DNA of 64,000 nt from Oikopleura dioica (lineage: Eukaryota; Animalia; Chordata): positions 868,001-932,000 of the forward strand of contig OU015569.1 in assembly GCA_907165135.1 (NCBI GenBank), read 5' to 3'. The translations under genes and the position numbers were made by a program. Below the pieces are notes generated by a model. It saw only the letters and a program-made list of their open reading frames with translations. It searched no databases and was not told where the DNA came from. The number at the start of each line of letters is the position of its first letter. Position 1 is the stretch's first letter. Of this stretch, positions 1 to 10,889 are shown piece after piece.

Positions 1-259
1 CTTCTGTCTATTGTTCTTGTAAATTTCGCAAAAAAAAAAGAAAATTCACAACACTGCCATCTACTTATTAATAAATGAAGAATTCTCTTCAGAAAATTAC
101 GCCCTCGCTTCTTTCTATTTTTACGTCCTTCAAGAGCTTCAAGAGTAAAAGTGCTTTCTGGTGGAAAAATGGTGAATTTGAAATCAATCCGGAGAAGAAT
201 GAATCGAAAGGACTCGCTTGATATGCCTTTGCTAAGAGTTTTTGAATCAAGACGGCAGA

Positions 260-501
260 TTTGCCTCGGCAACCTGTGTAGAAAGCCTGAGTCAGGGTCT
301 GAAAGATGTAAATTGAAAGCCGCGAAGCGGCTTTTTTAAAAACTAAGCCGCAAAGCGGCTTCGCCAAAAATCAAAAACTGATCGAAACGAGAATTTCGCA
401 AAGCCGCTAGGCGGCTTCGTTTTTAAAAAAGCCGCTTTGCGGCTTTCAATATACATCTTTCAGACCCTGACTAAGGTTTTCTATACTGGTTGCGATGCCA
501 G
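260..501. mobile_element. MITE family A copy (palindromic, hAT-like 8-bp TSD)
   Basis: TIR core CTCGGCAACCTGTGTAGAAAGCCTGAGTCAGGG and its complement; flanks ACGGCAGA/ACTGCAGA (7/8). Confidence 0.85.
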
Positions 502-551
502 ACTGCAGAATAAATGAATTTTGAAAGTTTGAAAGAGTTTTGTCAATTTTT

Positions 552-1423
552 CAAAAACTCGAAATTACGAACAAGCCGCTATTGCCGAAAATCGAAGAGG
601 TAGAGAAAGTAGACGGTGATTTCGACGCGTGGTATGAACGCAAGTTCCTCCGAACGCACAGAATTCAGACGTTTCTCGAGTGGCTGGGTAATTAAAGCGC
701 GATTAGCAGAAGAGAAGTAGTGATGCATTTAAGTTCTCGCCGTGGCGGTGTTTTTGCTTACTTTAATTTATTACTACCCGAACGAGTTTCATTTTCACGT
801 GGCGAAGGGATACGCTCATCTAGGCTACGACATCGCGCAGCATCAGATGGGCTTGAAGCACTACCACGGGGTCGGAGTCGCAGAAGACAAGAGGGAAGCA
901 ATGAAATGGTTTAAGGAGAAGGTTATCTCGTGTCACTGGACGAGATTGATTGACTTTGCCGTTTTTGATTGATCACGCGCAATTTCATCCCTTTATTTTA
1001 TTTCATGACCTTCAAAAAAAAGGCCGCAGCAGATCAGGGACATCATGAAGCGGCAATGCACCGAGGAATCGGAAACATTCACGGCTTCACTGACCCGAAA
1101 GACATCACACCAGGTTGCATTAACTTCCCCTCCCCGCAATTTAATTCGGTCTTTAGGAGAGACAGAGCGATACTTGAAACACGCGGCAGACAACGATCAC
1201 CACCAAGCCTGGGTTCGGCAACCTGTGTAGAAAACCTGAGTCAGGGTCTGCCAGATTTTTAAATCGATAAGAATAATGGTTTAGCGAAGCCTCTTTGCGG
1301 CTTCGCTTTTCGTAAAGCATCTTTTAGACCCTGACTCAGGTTTCCTACATAGGTTGCCGAGCTCACCACCAAGCTAAGCAAGCTCTCTACCATTACTGTC
1401 ACAAGCAGAATAAATGTCCATAA
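552..1423 (+). CDS. Multi-exon membrane protein with SEL1-like repeats; 5' end unresolved; last exon carries a MITE insertion
   Basis: Spliced reading WLVLAVAVFLLTLIYYYPNEFHFHVAKGYAHLGYDIAQHQMGLKHYHGVGVAEDKREAMKWFK-AAADQGHHEAAM...GETERYLKHAADNDHHQA(K)QALYHYCHKQNKCP*. The A-Q-x-x-x-G...G-G-V...A-x-x-W-F-x-x-A-A-x-Q-G pattern is a SEL1 repeat. Confidence 0.7.
1209..1366. mobile_element. MITE family A copy inside a coding exon
   Basis: 158 bp; perfect TSD CACCAAGC at 1201-1208 and 1367-1374. Confidence 0.9.
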
Positions 1424-1494
1424 CAAGAAGGTTTCTCTTTTTTTCATTTTATTCCGATTGTTACTAAGTCAGTATAAGCATCAGCGGTATTGCT

Positions 1495-2827
1495 TTATCC
1501 GAACCAGTTTCGGCCAAAGAGCCCGAAAAAGGGGTTGTAATTGACTTTGGGATGAGAGATCTGCGGATTTGGGCGGTACATAGGCTCAGTTTTTTCCGTG
1601 TAAGTTTTGGAGAGTGTTGCTGGTGGCTTTTGAACGTACTCGGATTTCTCTGATGCTGGATTGTAGATCACAGGGGATTCGAACTATAATAATCAAGTAA
1701 TGGCTGATGATAGAAATAGGAATATTTACCGGGCTTTTGAAAGGAGACAAGTTGATAGGGCTTGGCTCAGAGCTGATTGTCGGATCCTGGCGAACACTTG
1801 GGCCAGCGTTTTGGTTATACAAGTACGAATTCGTTGCTGTGCCTTTATAAATGTTCATCGGTCGGGATCCAGAAGATCCAAACGCGCGGCAGTCTTTTCC
1901 GTGATCGAGGTTTGGCTCGCCGTAATCGGGCAGCGCTCCTAGAAAAAGAAAAGAGCTACGGAAAAAATTTGATGTTGATGAATCTTACCGTTGATGGTGT
2001 CGACGGAAACTGTTCTTCTTGAGCCTGGCCGTGCTTCACCAGATTTGACATCTACGCACCAACAAGTTGTCACACGAGATCTGCCAGATGGATATATTAT
2101 GAGTTACTCAACGATTCTAATATACGATTTCTTTCATTTTTATCCATAACTGTATCTGGGCGTCTCGCACTGGACAGGATAGTAGCTTCCGTTTTCATCG
2201 CATTTTGGTTTGCGCCCGGTTCCGAATTGAATCTCGTACTCGCACGGAGGAAGAGAATGGAGATTCTTTGCTGGCTCAAGAGCATTTGCTTCTTTTGGGT
2301 TGAATCCATGGTCGTCTACAGTGGTTGCCTCAAAGCTGGGCTCGGCAACCTGTGTAGAAAAATTGAGTGAGGTTCTGAAGGGCTTAAATGAAAAGCTGCG
2401 CAGCGGCTTTTTTAACAAACGAAGCCGCTTCGGCTTTTCATTTTAGCTCTTCAGAGCCTGACTCAGGTTTCCTGCACAGGATGCCGAGCCCAGCCTCAAA
2501 GTCGACCAAGGGGGCATCTGTCGGAAGAGCTGCTGAGTTGGAAGTTTCAACTTTGGCAAAGTTGCCAACGGGGAGAACTGGTTGAATCTGCGCCGGGGCA
2601 CAGACTGGCAAGGGCGAGTTTCCAATGATTAGTTGAAGTGAGTTGGGTACGTCACTTCCGTCGGCGTTGACACACTTGCAGTGTCTGTAGACCATGTTGC
2701 CTTGCGATTGGACTGGAGTGCAATGCAATGAGCTCTAGTAGAACAAGATCACATTTCGGAACTAGAATTTTGTTGTACTTACTGAGCTCGCCATAGCAAT
2801 GAATGCTCCTGCCGAAAATAATCTCAT
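1495..2827 (-). CDS. Secreted thyroglobulin type-1 repeat protein, about 5-6 exons, with a MITE inside a coding exon
   Basis: Signal peptide MRLFSAGAFIAMASS; CKCVNADG; PPCEYEIQFGTGRKPKCDENGSYYPVQCETP...TTCWCVDVKSGEARPGS (YxPxQC / CWCV thyroglobulin-1 motif). GT-AG introns join in frame to a TAA at 1495-1497. Confidence 0.75.
2336..2493. mobile_element. MITE family A copy inside a coding exon
   Basis: 158 bp; CTGGGCTCGGCA...TGCCGAGCCCAG; perfect TSD CCTCAAAG at 2328-2335 and 2494-2501. Confidence 0.95.
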
Positions 2828-2996
2828 ATTTTTTCTCTCTCTTTTTTGAATCTTCTCGTCTAAAATGACTGAAAACCAGGGCATCGCTAGAAATTTGCCC
2901 CGGGCTGCCTCTTTCTCATGAAAGATGATTAGGATAACGAGAAAACTCAATACGGTTTTTGACAGGGTATTTTATTGACGACGTCAAGACGCAGAT

Positions 2997-3413
2997 TCAA
3001 ATGAAATGTTCTTTGTCGCAGAGCTTGTTGCCAGAACGCCGGGAGCAGGTGAAAATGATGACTTTCTCGAAGACGGATGCGAGAAATACGAACGCGAGGA
3101 TGACAGCGAGCAGGATCCAGATGGTTTTGTTTTGAAAGCCGAGGCCGGACTCGATCATTGCCGGCTCTGGTGGCGGAACGACGCTTTCCCGATCAGAGGT
3201 CGATAACGTCAGTCCATGATGGAAGTGGCCGCCGAATGCGTCGCAGCACTTTCTCGCCAAGAACTGTTGGCATTCAGCTGCCAGTCGCTGGTTGTTGTTC
3301 TTAAGGTTGTTGAGCTGCAAGGCGTGAGAGCACAAGTCGCAAGTGTCTTCTTTGCAAACGAGCTTGGCGGACGAGACGGCGAAAAAAGAAGCAAAAAACT
3401 TGAGAGCTTTCAT
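2997..3413 (-). CDS. Small orphan single-pass membrane protein (signal peptide, Cys-rich ectodomain, TM helix)
   Basis: MKALKFFASFFAVSSAK signal-like start, six Cys, hydrophobic IWILLAVILAFVFLASVF, short tail; uninterrupted ORF. Confidence 0.55.
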   Translation of the reverse strand: MKALKFFASFFAVSSAKLVCKEDTCDLCSHALQLNNLKNNNQRLAAECQQFLARKCCDAFGGHFHHGLTLSTSDRESVVPPPEPAMIESGLGFQNKTIWILLAVILAFVFLASVFEKVIIFTCSRRSGNKLCDKEHFI

Positions 3414-4098
3414 GGTTGAGAAAGTCGAATACTTTCTGAAGAACTTGGCTTCGATACTGCTGGCAACGCTCATTTATCGATATTTATAACGGAGAAGTTG
3501 GTGGCGCTAATGAAAAAGTTACTTCTTTCGTAAGATTCTATTCGTGAGATCCTCGACTCCTAGCCAGATATTCTTGACCGGATGATGAAAAAAGCTGCTG
3601 AATACATCTGTTTCAAATGCTCTTGCTCTCTTTTCCTTTTATAGATGACACCCTTAACAAGATTGCTTTTCTAGGACGTCACGACTTTCATTTATTGCTA
3701 TTTCTTTCAATCAGAATACTGAAAAATAAAGAATAAAAAGCGCAGATAAGTTCACTCCAAAAACTTGAGCAGATGATGTTCCGGTGAATGTTGAGTTTAA
3801 GAGTTCCAGGCTTGCCTCCAAAGTCTAGAATTATTTACAAAATTTCATGTCAAAATAGACGTTTTTGATGGATCCGTACCGCAATTTGTTGTTCAAGACG
3901 TTCAATCACCAACTTTTACAGAAATAATAACGCCATTAGTAACTCACATGAGCGTGGAACTTCTAATTGATCGAGTTGGACTCTGAGGGAAAGGCACAGA
4001 ATTATTCCTGTTCCTGAGTGGAGTCTAGTCCTTGTCGCGCCTCTGTCGTAACATTCGCAAGATTCTCCTCGACTTGAGACAGCCTTGGTGGAAAGTTG

Positions 4099-4850
4099 CT
4101 AACTGGTCCTATTTTCCTCACACAGGTAAACGCATTCACCTCGTCGAGCGTCCGTGGCCGCCAGCACCCTTGTCACTTTTCAAAAAAGATGAAGTATGAG
4201 TTACGAACCTGGAAGGATGTTGAACTCCAAATAGATCGGTTCCGACTGTCCAGTTATATAAATATTCGAAGCGCAATACTAAATAATATGTCAGAAATCT
4301 TTCAAAGCTATTCTGGGCTCAAAAACCTGTGCGAAAAACCTGAGTCAGGATTTTGAAAGATGTTAAATGAAAAGCCGCGCAGCGGCTTTTTTAAGATCGA
4401 AGCCGCAAAGCGGCTTTTCCAGAATTGAAAGTATAGCTTGAATTAGCTCTTTCCAAACCCTGACTCAGGTTTTCTACACAGGTTGCCGAGCCATGAAGCC
4501 ATCTTACTTGGGTATAGGTAGGACGAGCATTTGTCAGCTCGTCATAGTGGATCCCGTCGCCAAGTTCCGCTGTCAAGTTTCCAGGCGAATCGATTAATCT
4601 GAGAAACGTGCCTCCGATAGCCCTATGAGTTTATAGATCAAAATATCGATCCGTAAGTTATTCTCGAAGAATTCTACCTAAAGAAGCGGTTTTCTTCAAG
4701 ATTCGATGGAAGCGGGAGCGACGCGTTTATAGCTCGACATCGTTCTCGAGCCTGACTGTAGGTTACAAATTCGGTGGCTAAATTCTGTCTCTCTCTGGAA
4801 TAGACTTGCGTCTCTTACCTCTACTGTACTCGTAGACTGTACTCCCGGTT
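4099..4850 (-). CDS. C-type lectin-like domain protein, multi-exon, 5' end unresolved
   Basis: Spliced reading VTYSQARERCRAINASLPLPSNLEENRFF...ECVYLCEENRTS* resembles the CTLD start (A..C....L..P.s.eEN) and end (fICE) motifs. Confidence 0.5.
4313..4495. mobile_element. MITE family A copy (intronic)
   Basis: 183 bp; TIRs as above; degenerate TSD AAGCTATT/AAGCCATC. Confidence 0.85.
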
Positions 4851-5658
4851 TGAAAGGTTATCCAAATCGGATCGGCAAACTGATTTTGAGAAGCGCAGAG
4901 ACCGAAAATGACAGAAACTTCGATCGGGATTTTCTAATCTCAAGAAAAAATGAATGATTGGCGTTATTGATTGAAAAGCCCATCCTGTAAAATAGAACAT
5001 GCCGGATCCGCGATCGCAAGAGAGAACTTTCTCTTCTGAAATTTCTTAAAAAGATCAACTTGGTCAATCCAAGTCTTTTATGGCGCTTTAGGCGAAGAGT
5101 CGGCGCCCCTGGTACAACATTCCTCGTTTTCAAGTGCTTTCTGTGTTATGAAAACTATTTGGAGAAGAAGAAATAATAATCACCTCTTAGTGCCGACGTG
5201 GTTTCACATCGAGAAACTGTTCACCTACCTCCTACGGTCCTTGTAGTACAGTAAAAAGTCACCAGAAGATGACTGGAAGTTACTATTTTCCTAGGGTTAG
5301 GGTTAGAGTTAGCCCCTAGCGGGTTTAACCAATTTATGGAATTGATATTATTGAGCTGGGTTTTGATTGGCCGTTAGGCCAAATGCAGCAATCTTATTGG
5401 TAATCCAGAAATGCACTTCGTAAAATAGGTTAAATAATAGGTCGATCTACGTAGTGCCCATCAAATATTGTCAAAATTTAACCTCGTCTACGAGTTCGTC
5501 GATGGCTTCAAGTATCTGGAATTTGCTAAGCAATCCTATTACGCGATCAAATTCTAATATTGCATGGTTTTATAGACAAGGATCAAACAGAGGTTAAATC
5601 GAGTGCAATATAAGCCACGAGGCAAATCGCACCATTCCAAGTGAAAAATAGTCAAAAA

Positions 5659-6840
5659 ATGAGACTTGATAAGTTTTTCTCTGGCTACTTCTCCTCCCAA
5701 GAATACACTTGCGACTTTTCGAACGGGCATGGATCGATCAAGGGCGCCGTCAAGCTGATGGGCACAGAGAAAGGAAGTGTCGTTGTAAGCGGCATTCTGG
5801 ATGCAGGAGACAACGCAGAAGGAATGCATGGTTTTCATGTTCATGCGGAGGGCAAAATCAGTCCCGACTGTACTGCAGCTGGAGGACACTTTAAAAGTGA
5901 TCCGAGCCAGATTCACGGATATCCCGAATTCATCTATCCTGATCGGTAACTTGTCGATTATATGAAGCTCACCCTCATTGTATGCTCTATTCAAATTTGC
6001 GTCTTTGTCTAAAGCTCGATTCAGCCACACAGGAGACTTGGGCAACGTCGATAACAACAACGGCAAAATGGAGGTGAACATCGAAGACTCCCGCATCTCG
6101 CTGGACCGAACAAGCGCTGATTTCATTGGCGACAAGGCGATCGTCATTCACGCTTTGCAAGACGATGGCAACCCGACTCGAGATCCATCGTCGACCGGAG
6201 CAGCAGGAGCAAGGATTGGCTGCTGCTTGATCCAGCCAGTTTCCTACCAATGTGACTTCCGAGCCGGCCATGGCATTATCCGGGTAAGAAAAAGTGACGC
6301 TGCAATCAACAACGAAACCGCGATGTTTAGGGCGTCGTCGATATCAAGCAGACCCAAGACGGAGTTAGTTTCACTGGCGATCTTTCCTCCACTGACGATG
6401 GCTTTACAGATGGCGTTCATGGATTCCACGTCCATGCAGTTGGCAACGTCTTTCCGGACTGCGGCGCTGCTGGCGGTCATTTCAAAGGAACCCCTGATCA
6501 GATTCATGGATTTCCGTATTTCAACGCGCCAGACCGGTAATTTATTGAGTATATATCCAAGAAAAGTATGCTTTATTGAAATTTGTTCAAGAAAGAAACA
6601 ATTCCATTTAGCCACACAGGCGACTTGGGCAGCATAACAGTTCAAGGAGGAACGAGCAAAGTCGACATCACAGACAAAATGGTCAGCCTTGAAGTTGGCA
6701 GCGAAAATGACATTACCGACAAAGCTATTGTAATTCACGCCTTGCCCGACGATGGAAATCCAGATCGTGATCCGAGCTCTACTGGAGCTGCTGGAGCTCG
6801 ACTTGGTTGCTGTTTGATTGAGAAATTCCCTGCGAAATAA
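5659..6840 (+). CDS. Cu/Zn superoxide dismutase with two tandem SOD domains; N-terminus uncertain
   Basis: Two complete copies of HGFHVHA...C.AAGGHF...IHG...RHTGDLG...KAIVIHAL.DD...TGAAGAR.GCCLI joined through three GT-AG introns. All Cu/Zn ligands, the disulfide Cys and the catalytic Arg are visible in both copies. Confidence 0.9.
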
Positions 6841-7107
6841 ATTAAATTCACTATTCTAACATGTTAATTTCACTGAAAACAATGTTTACAAGATTTTCAA
6901 ACTTGAAGCTCTTTCAACTAGAAGTTTTGCTAGTCGTAAGCATGAAAAATGAAATGACCTCTAATCAACCCTCATCAGGGTGACCTGCCCTGCCATCAAA
7001 ATGTCCCAGGGCAAGAGGAATTGAATAGCGCTAATCAACTACTCCTTCTAAGCGAACTACTGTCAGAGAAAAAATCACATCACATTGTTTTTTTGAGGAA
7101 ATAAAGA

Positions 7108-9230
7108 ATGCCGAAATCCGATCTTCTCCCTGTTCCTTACCCTAAATTTGTTAACTCTTATGGCAAATTTGGACGATGTGAAAATTGCAAATAGTAAATT
7201 TCCGAGAATTATTTTTATAAAGATTAAATTTAGTGCTGTAGATTCAACCGCTGAGATTCAGGGCAGACGACTTTGCCGTGAATGCAAGGATGAGAAACAT
7301 CCTAAATCCTCGGCAAAGTTTCAAGAAACGGACGCTACATTCAAATGTCCAGCAAAAAGTTGTGGAGCTGATAAACTCTCTTACCGGGAATTTTATGTTG
7401 GGTCTTGTTGCGACGCTGCTTTGGATAGAGATGTCAGGGAAGGTGAATTTAATGAGTCTAACCAGAGTTGCAAATTTGCTGAGCTGAGTGAGCTGAGTGA
7501 GCTGAGCGACTGCTGAGCGACTGCAGTGATTTTTGAAAATGATCTGATGTGCTCAGCTCAGCTCAATTATTTTAACACAATTTTAGCTCAGCTCAACCAG
7601 CTCAGCTCAGCTCAATTATTTTCGCTCAGCTCAACTACCTTAAAAAAGGTCTGCTCAGCTCAGCTCCGCTCAATGACCTCTGAAAAAGGCCAGCTCAGCT
7701 CAGCTCAGTTACCCCCGAAATAGACGAGCTCAGCTCAGAAAAATTTTTGCTCAGGTCAGCTCAACTCAGCTCAGCAAAAATCAAGCAAAATTTGCAACTC
7801 TGATTCTAACCTATCATTTTTGATCATTTATCAACTAAGTCTGTTTATTTATGTAAAATTTAAGAAAAAAACGAAGAGTTATTGCTCATGCAAAAGATTT
7901 ATCATCAATCAAAAGCTGACGAAAAAATTTTTCGTGAAAAATGGGAAGAAACTAATTTGTCTATCTACCCGGCGAAAATGACCGTTGAAGATATTGAAGT
8001 GAAACTTTATTTTGCCAAAGAAAAACTAAAAATGAAAGAAGATGACGCTGCAAAAGCATGGGAAAAACACCTTGCTAAAACAAATTGGCGAAAAAAAGTT
8101 CAAAAGCGTATTTTTATCGCTGCGAAATCTTTAGCAAAGGAGGATAACAGTGATTTTGGTAAAAAAAATCCGGCTGCCGGCGGATTTACCTGAGCGGGGG
8201 TTTGACATGGCGTCGGATTTACCTAAACGGGGGTTTGACCTGACAGGTAAATCCAACGCTCAGGTAAAATCCCCGTTCAGGTAAAAGCGCTGTTTTTCTA
8301 ATGGAAAAATGTAACTCTTCAATTTGACTTTGATTTAATAAATTATTTAGAAAATTAATTATTTTACGATTGTTAGATAATCGATTTTTCTAGCGATGCT
8401 TAGGGGTCTTATGATACAGCTTTAGAAAGCTAAGATGTTGAGCTTTCATTTTAACACAATATCAAGGGGTGTCATGCAAGGCAATTTATGGGACCGGAAG
8501 TTACGAAATGGACATGTCAATCGATTTATAAAAATGCTGCTGACCTGCATCACAGTGGCTGCTTGGGTCGCTAGAAAGTCGAATTTTGCCCCGGAAATGG
8601 GATTTCGTGAACTTAAACGGTATAAATGTTAGGAGTGACCAAACCGTCCGGTTGAAACGAAGATTCTTGCGTTCCCTTTCACTATTCTAGCGCCCCTTGA
8701 CACTAGTATATTGTCACAGGTCAGCAGTATTTTACTAGCATTTTTTCAAGCCAACCGATGACTCAAATGAAGAGTTCTGAACTGTTCTAGTACTCATTTC
8801 GGAACTTCCGGTCCCATGAATCGCCTTTCGGGCACGACCCAGACCCCTTGATACAGTCTTCAAATTATGCGGCAGCCAAAAAATCCACTTATTGTTCAAT
8901 TGATAATTGATGTTATTTTCAGAAGAAGAGCCAGTAGAAAAAAGGTCTAAACAAAATGCTGAACATAATTCTCGCTCATCATCTGATGAAGATAGCGATG
9001 CGGAGGAAAATAGAGCGACTAGCCCAGAAAGACCCTCATTTTATTCGTTCGTGTTGACGCCTCGATGCATGGTCTGCGATTTCGGCTTCGACAACGAGCA
9101 TCAAGAAGCTATCATCACCCCATGCGGCCACAAAGCCTGTTTCAACTGCATCTCCAACCTTTCGGAGAAAAAGTGTCCGAAATGCAAAGCTGATTTCACT
9201 GACGAAAATGTTTACAAGGTTTCCAACTGA
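7108..9230 (+). CDS. C-terminal C3HC4 RING-finger protein with N-terminal Cys clusters (putative E3 ligase), 4 exons
   Basis: Exons join in phase (TA|T, G|CT, A|AA). The C-terminus CMVC...PCGHKACFNC...CPKC is a RING; the N-terminus has CENC, CREC, CPAKSC and SCC. Confidence 0.7.
7463..7802. mobile_element. hAT-like MITE filled with (GCTCA)n subterminal repeats, in RING gene intron 2
   Basis: TIR CAGAGTTGCAAATTT / AAATTTGCAACTCTG; TSD AGTCTAAC/ATTCTAAC; many GCTGA then GCTCA pentamers. Confidence 0.8.
8170..8292. repeat. Small fold-back element built from GGATTTACCTGA/TCAGGTAAATCC motifs
   Basis: Two forward and three reverse copies of the motif inside RING gene intron 3. Confidence 0.5.
8462..8851. 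mobile_element. TA-flanked MITE (Tc1/mariner-type TSD)
   Basis: TA|TCAAGGGG...CCCCTTGA|TA; long imperfect arms ATGGGACCGGAAGTTACGAAATG / CATTTCGGAACTTCCGGTCCCAT. Confidence 0.7.
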
Positions 9231-9362
9231 ACTTTTTTCGGCATTTTCTAAAGAATAAAATGTCAGCTGCAGCTAATTGAAATGAGCAAAATTTTAATTT
9301 CTCGCGAAAACTCAATAGGAACTCTTATTTGTGGCCGTCGATCAAGAGTCTCATTCACTTTC

Positions 9363-10192
9363 AATTGTGTTTTCTCTTCGCTTCCGCTGTTCAGATTTCA
9401 AGAGCTCGTTTTGCATACAATCCAAGCGATTGCTCCTCACTTAGCGGCCAAAGTCTCTCTTTTCCGAGCATTTTGCAATCAACGAGGACTCTGGCGCTAG
9501 AAAAGCCTTGATTGCTTTTTACGCTGACTGAAGAGGATTACACACGAGTCGATAAGTGATGAAATATGCACTGGACAAGTCGCTCATTTTGAAAGTTAGG
9601 AATAATTATTCTAAGCTTGTCACTTAACAAAGCGCTTCTTATTTATTTTTCAAAGAACTTGGAAATGTACAGTTCTCGCGAGTCATTGATTGAATCTGTA
9701 TTGTACTGTATTTGCTAATTCTGCTCGACAAAAATTGAAAAAATGAAACCTGCAAAAAATGAGACGAAAAAAGATGATCAAGGAAGAAAACTTGGCTAGA
9801 ATTTCCAGCCAGTTATCAAAACTTGAGCATCTTTATTCACTAGTATAAGAAATTGGAAATTGATTTTATTCAGGTTACAGCAAGCGAAAACTCCTTTGCA
9901 AGGATCGTGGTTGGAAGCTTGGTGTTTTTACGAGTCATGTTTTCATCCACGACTTTTGGGAGTTTTGCTCTTTCGATTGAGGGCTTTCCTCGTATTTCAA
10001 TCTTTTAGCTCGGGCGTCTGAAGAAAAATTATTAATAAAATATTTATTTAATAAATTAATTGATTAACCAATTAAATAAAACGCGATTTTACCTGAAAGC
10101 AGTGCGGCGCGGACCTTCCAACTTCGAAAAGTGAAGAAGTGAGCGTCAACTGAAAAACAACTCGCTTTGCCGGGCCTCTTCTAGAGACAAAA
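9363..10192 (+). repeat. About 0.83-kb dispersed repeat, copy 1 (inverted relative to 22976-23785)
   Basis: Visually colinear with the reverse complement of 22976-23785 over its whole length, with scattered substitutions and small indels. Confidence 0.85.
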
Positions 10193-10889
10193 TGTGAAAG
10201 AGCCGACATTCCATTCCAGTCTCGCAGAAGTTTCCACATAAACAGAGCTCGAGACAGTAAAGACTGTCAGTGGCGATATACGCTCATTCTGGCGTGAAGT
10301 CTTTTCTTCCGTCAGATGGCTGTAAATAAGTTTCTTTCTTTGTAGAATGGAAAATTCGCTTACGCAGAATCGATTCAATAAGTGCCACTTTTTTGAAAAA
10401 AAGTAGCGACGATTATTTGTCCCTGCCAGGTGTCTTTCACAATTTGACTTCAAATGACGAAAAACGCAAGTGTCCGGCTACACTTTGACGTGAGTCTTGA
10501 AATTCAGAATTCAAAAAGAGGAACGAAAATCGACCAAATTCAATATATAAATATTTATTTTCATTTACAGAGTTTTGGAAAAGGAAAAGGGTCATTCAAA
10601 ATGGAAAACGCACACGAAAGTTAAAAGTTGCAGAAAGTAAAAAGCAAGGTGCGAATTGGTGAACTTTGGGGAATCGTTGAAGTTTTCTTCGAAAAACTAA
10701 AGTCGAGAAAATGAACTCAGACCGGCTGAGTTCGAGCTCGATACTTCTTTTTTTTTTTGAGAGGTCAGTTTGGCTAGCTTTTTTGGGAAGGGAAAATTAT
10801 AATTCCAGTAATTTTCGCTTCTCCACTTTTTAGAAAATAATAATTTTTAAAAATTTTTCGGCGAAAATTTTTCAAAAATTCGCCCAAAA

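Noticed and set aside
151-339. ORFs ending in LGNLCRKPESG-like peptides (also 2388, 14776, 62562 and others)
   Set aside because: The shared peptide is the translated family A TIR, not a protein family.
5554-6738. Minus-strand ORFs 5554-6147 and 6244-6738
   Set aside because: Antisense shadows of the SOD exons with no independent motifs.
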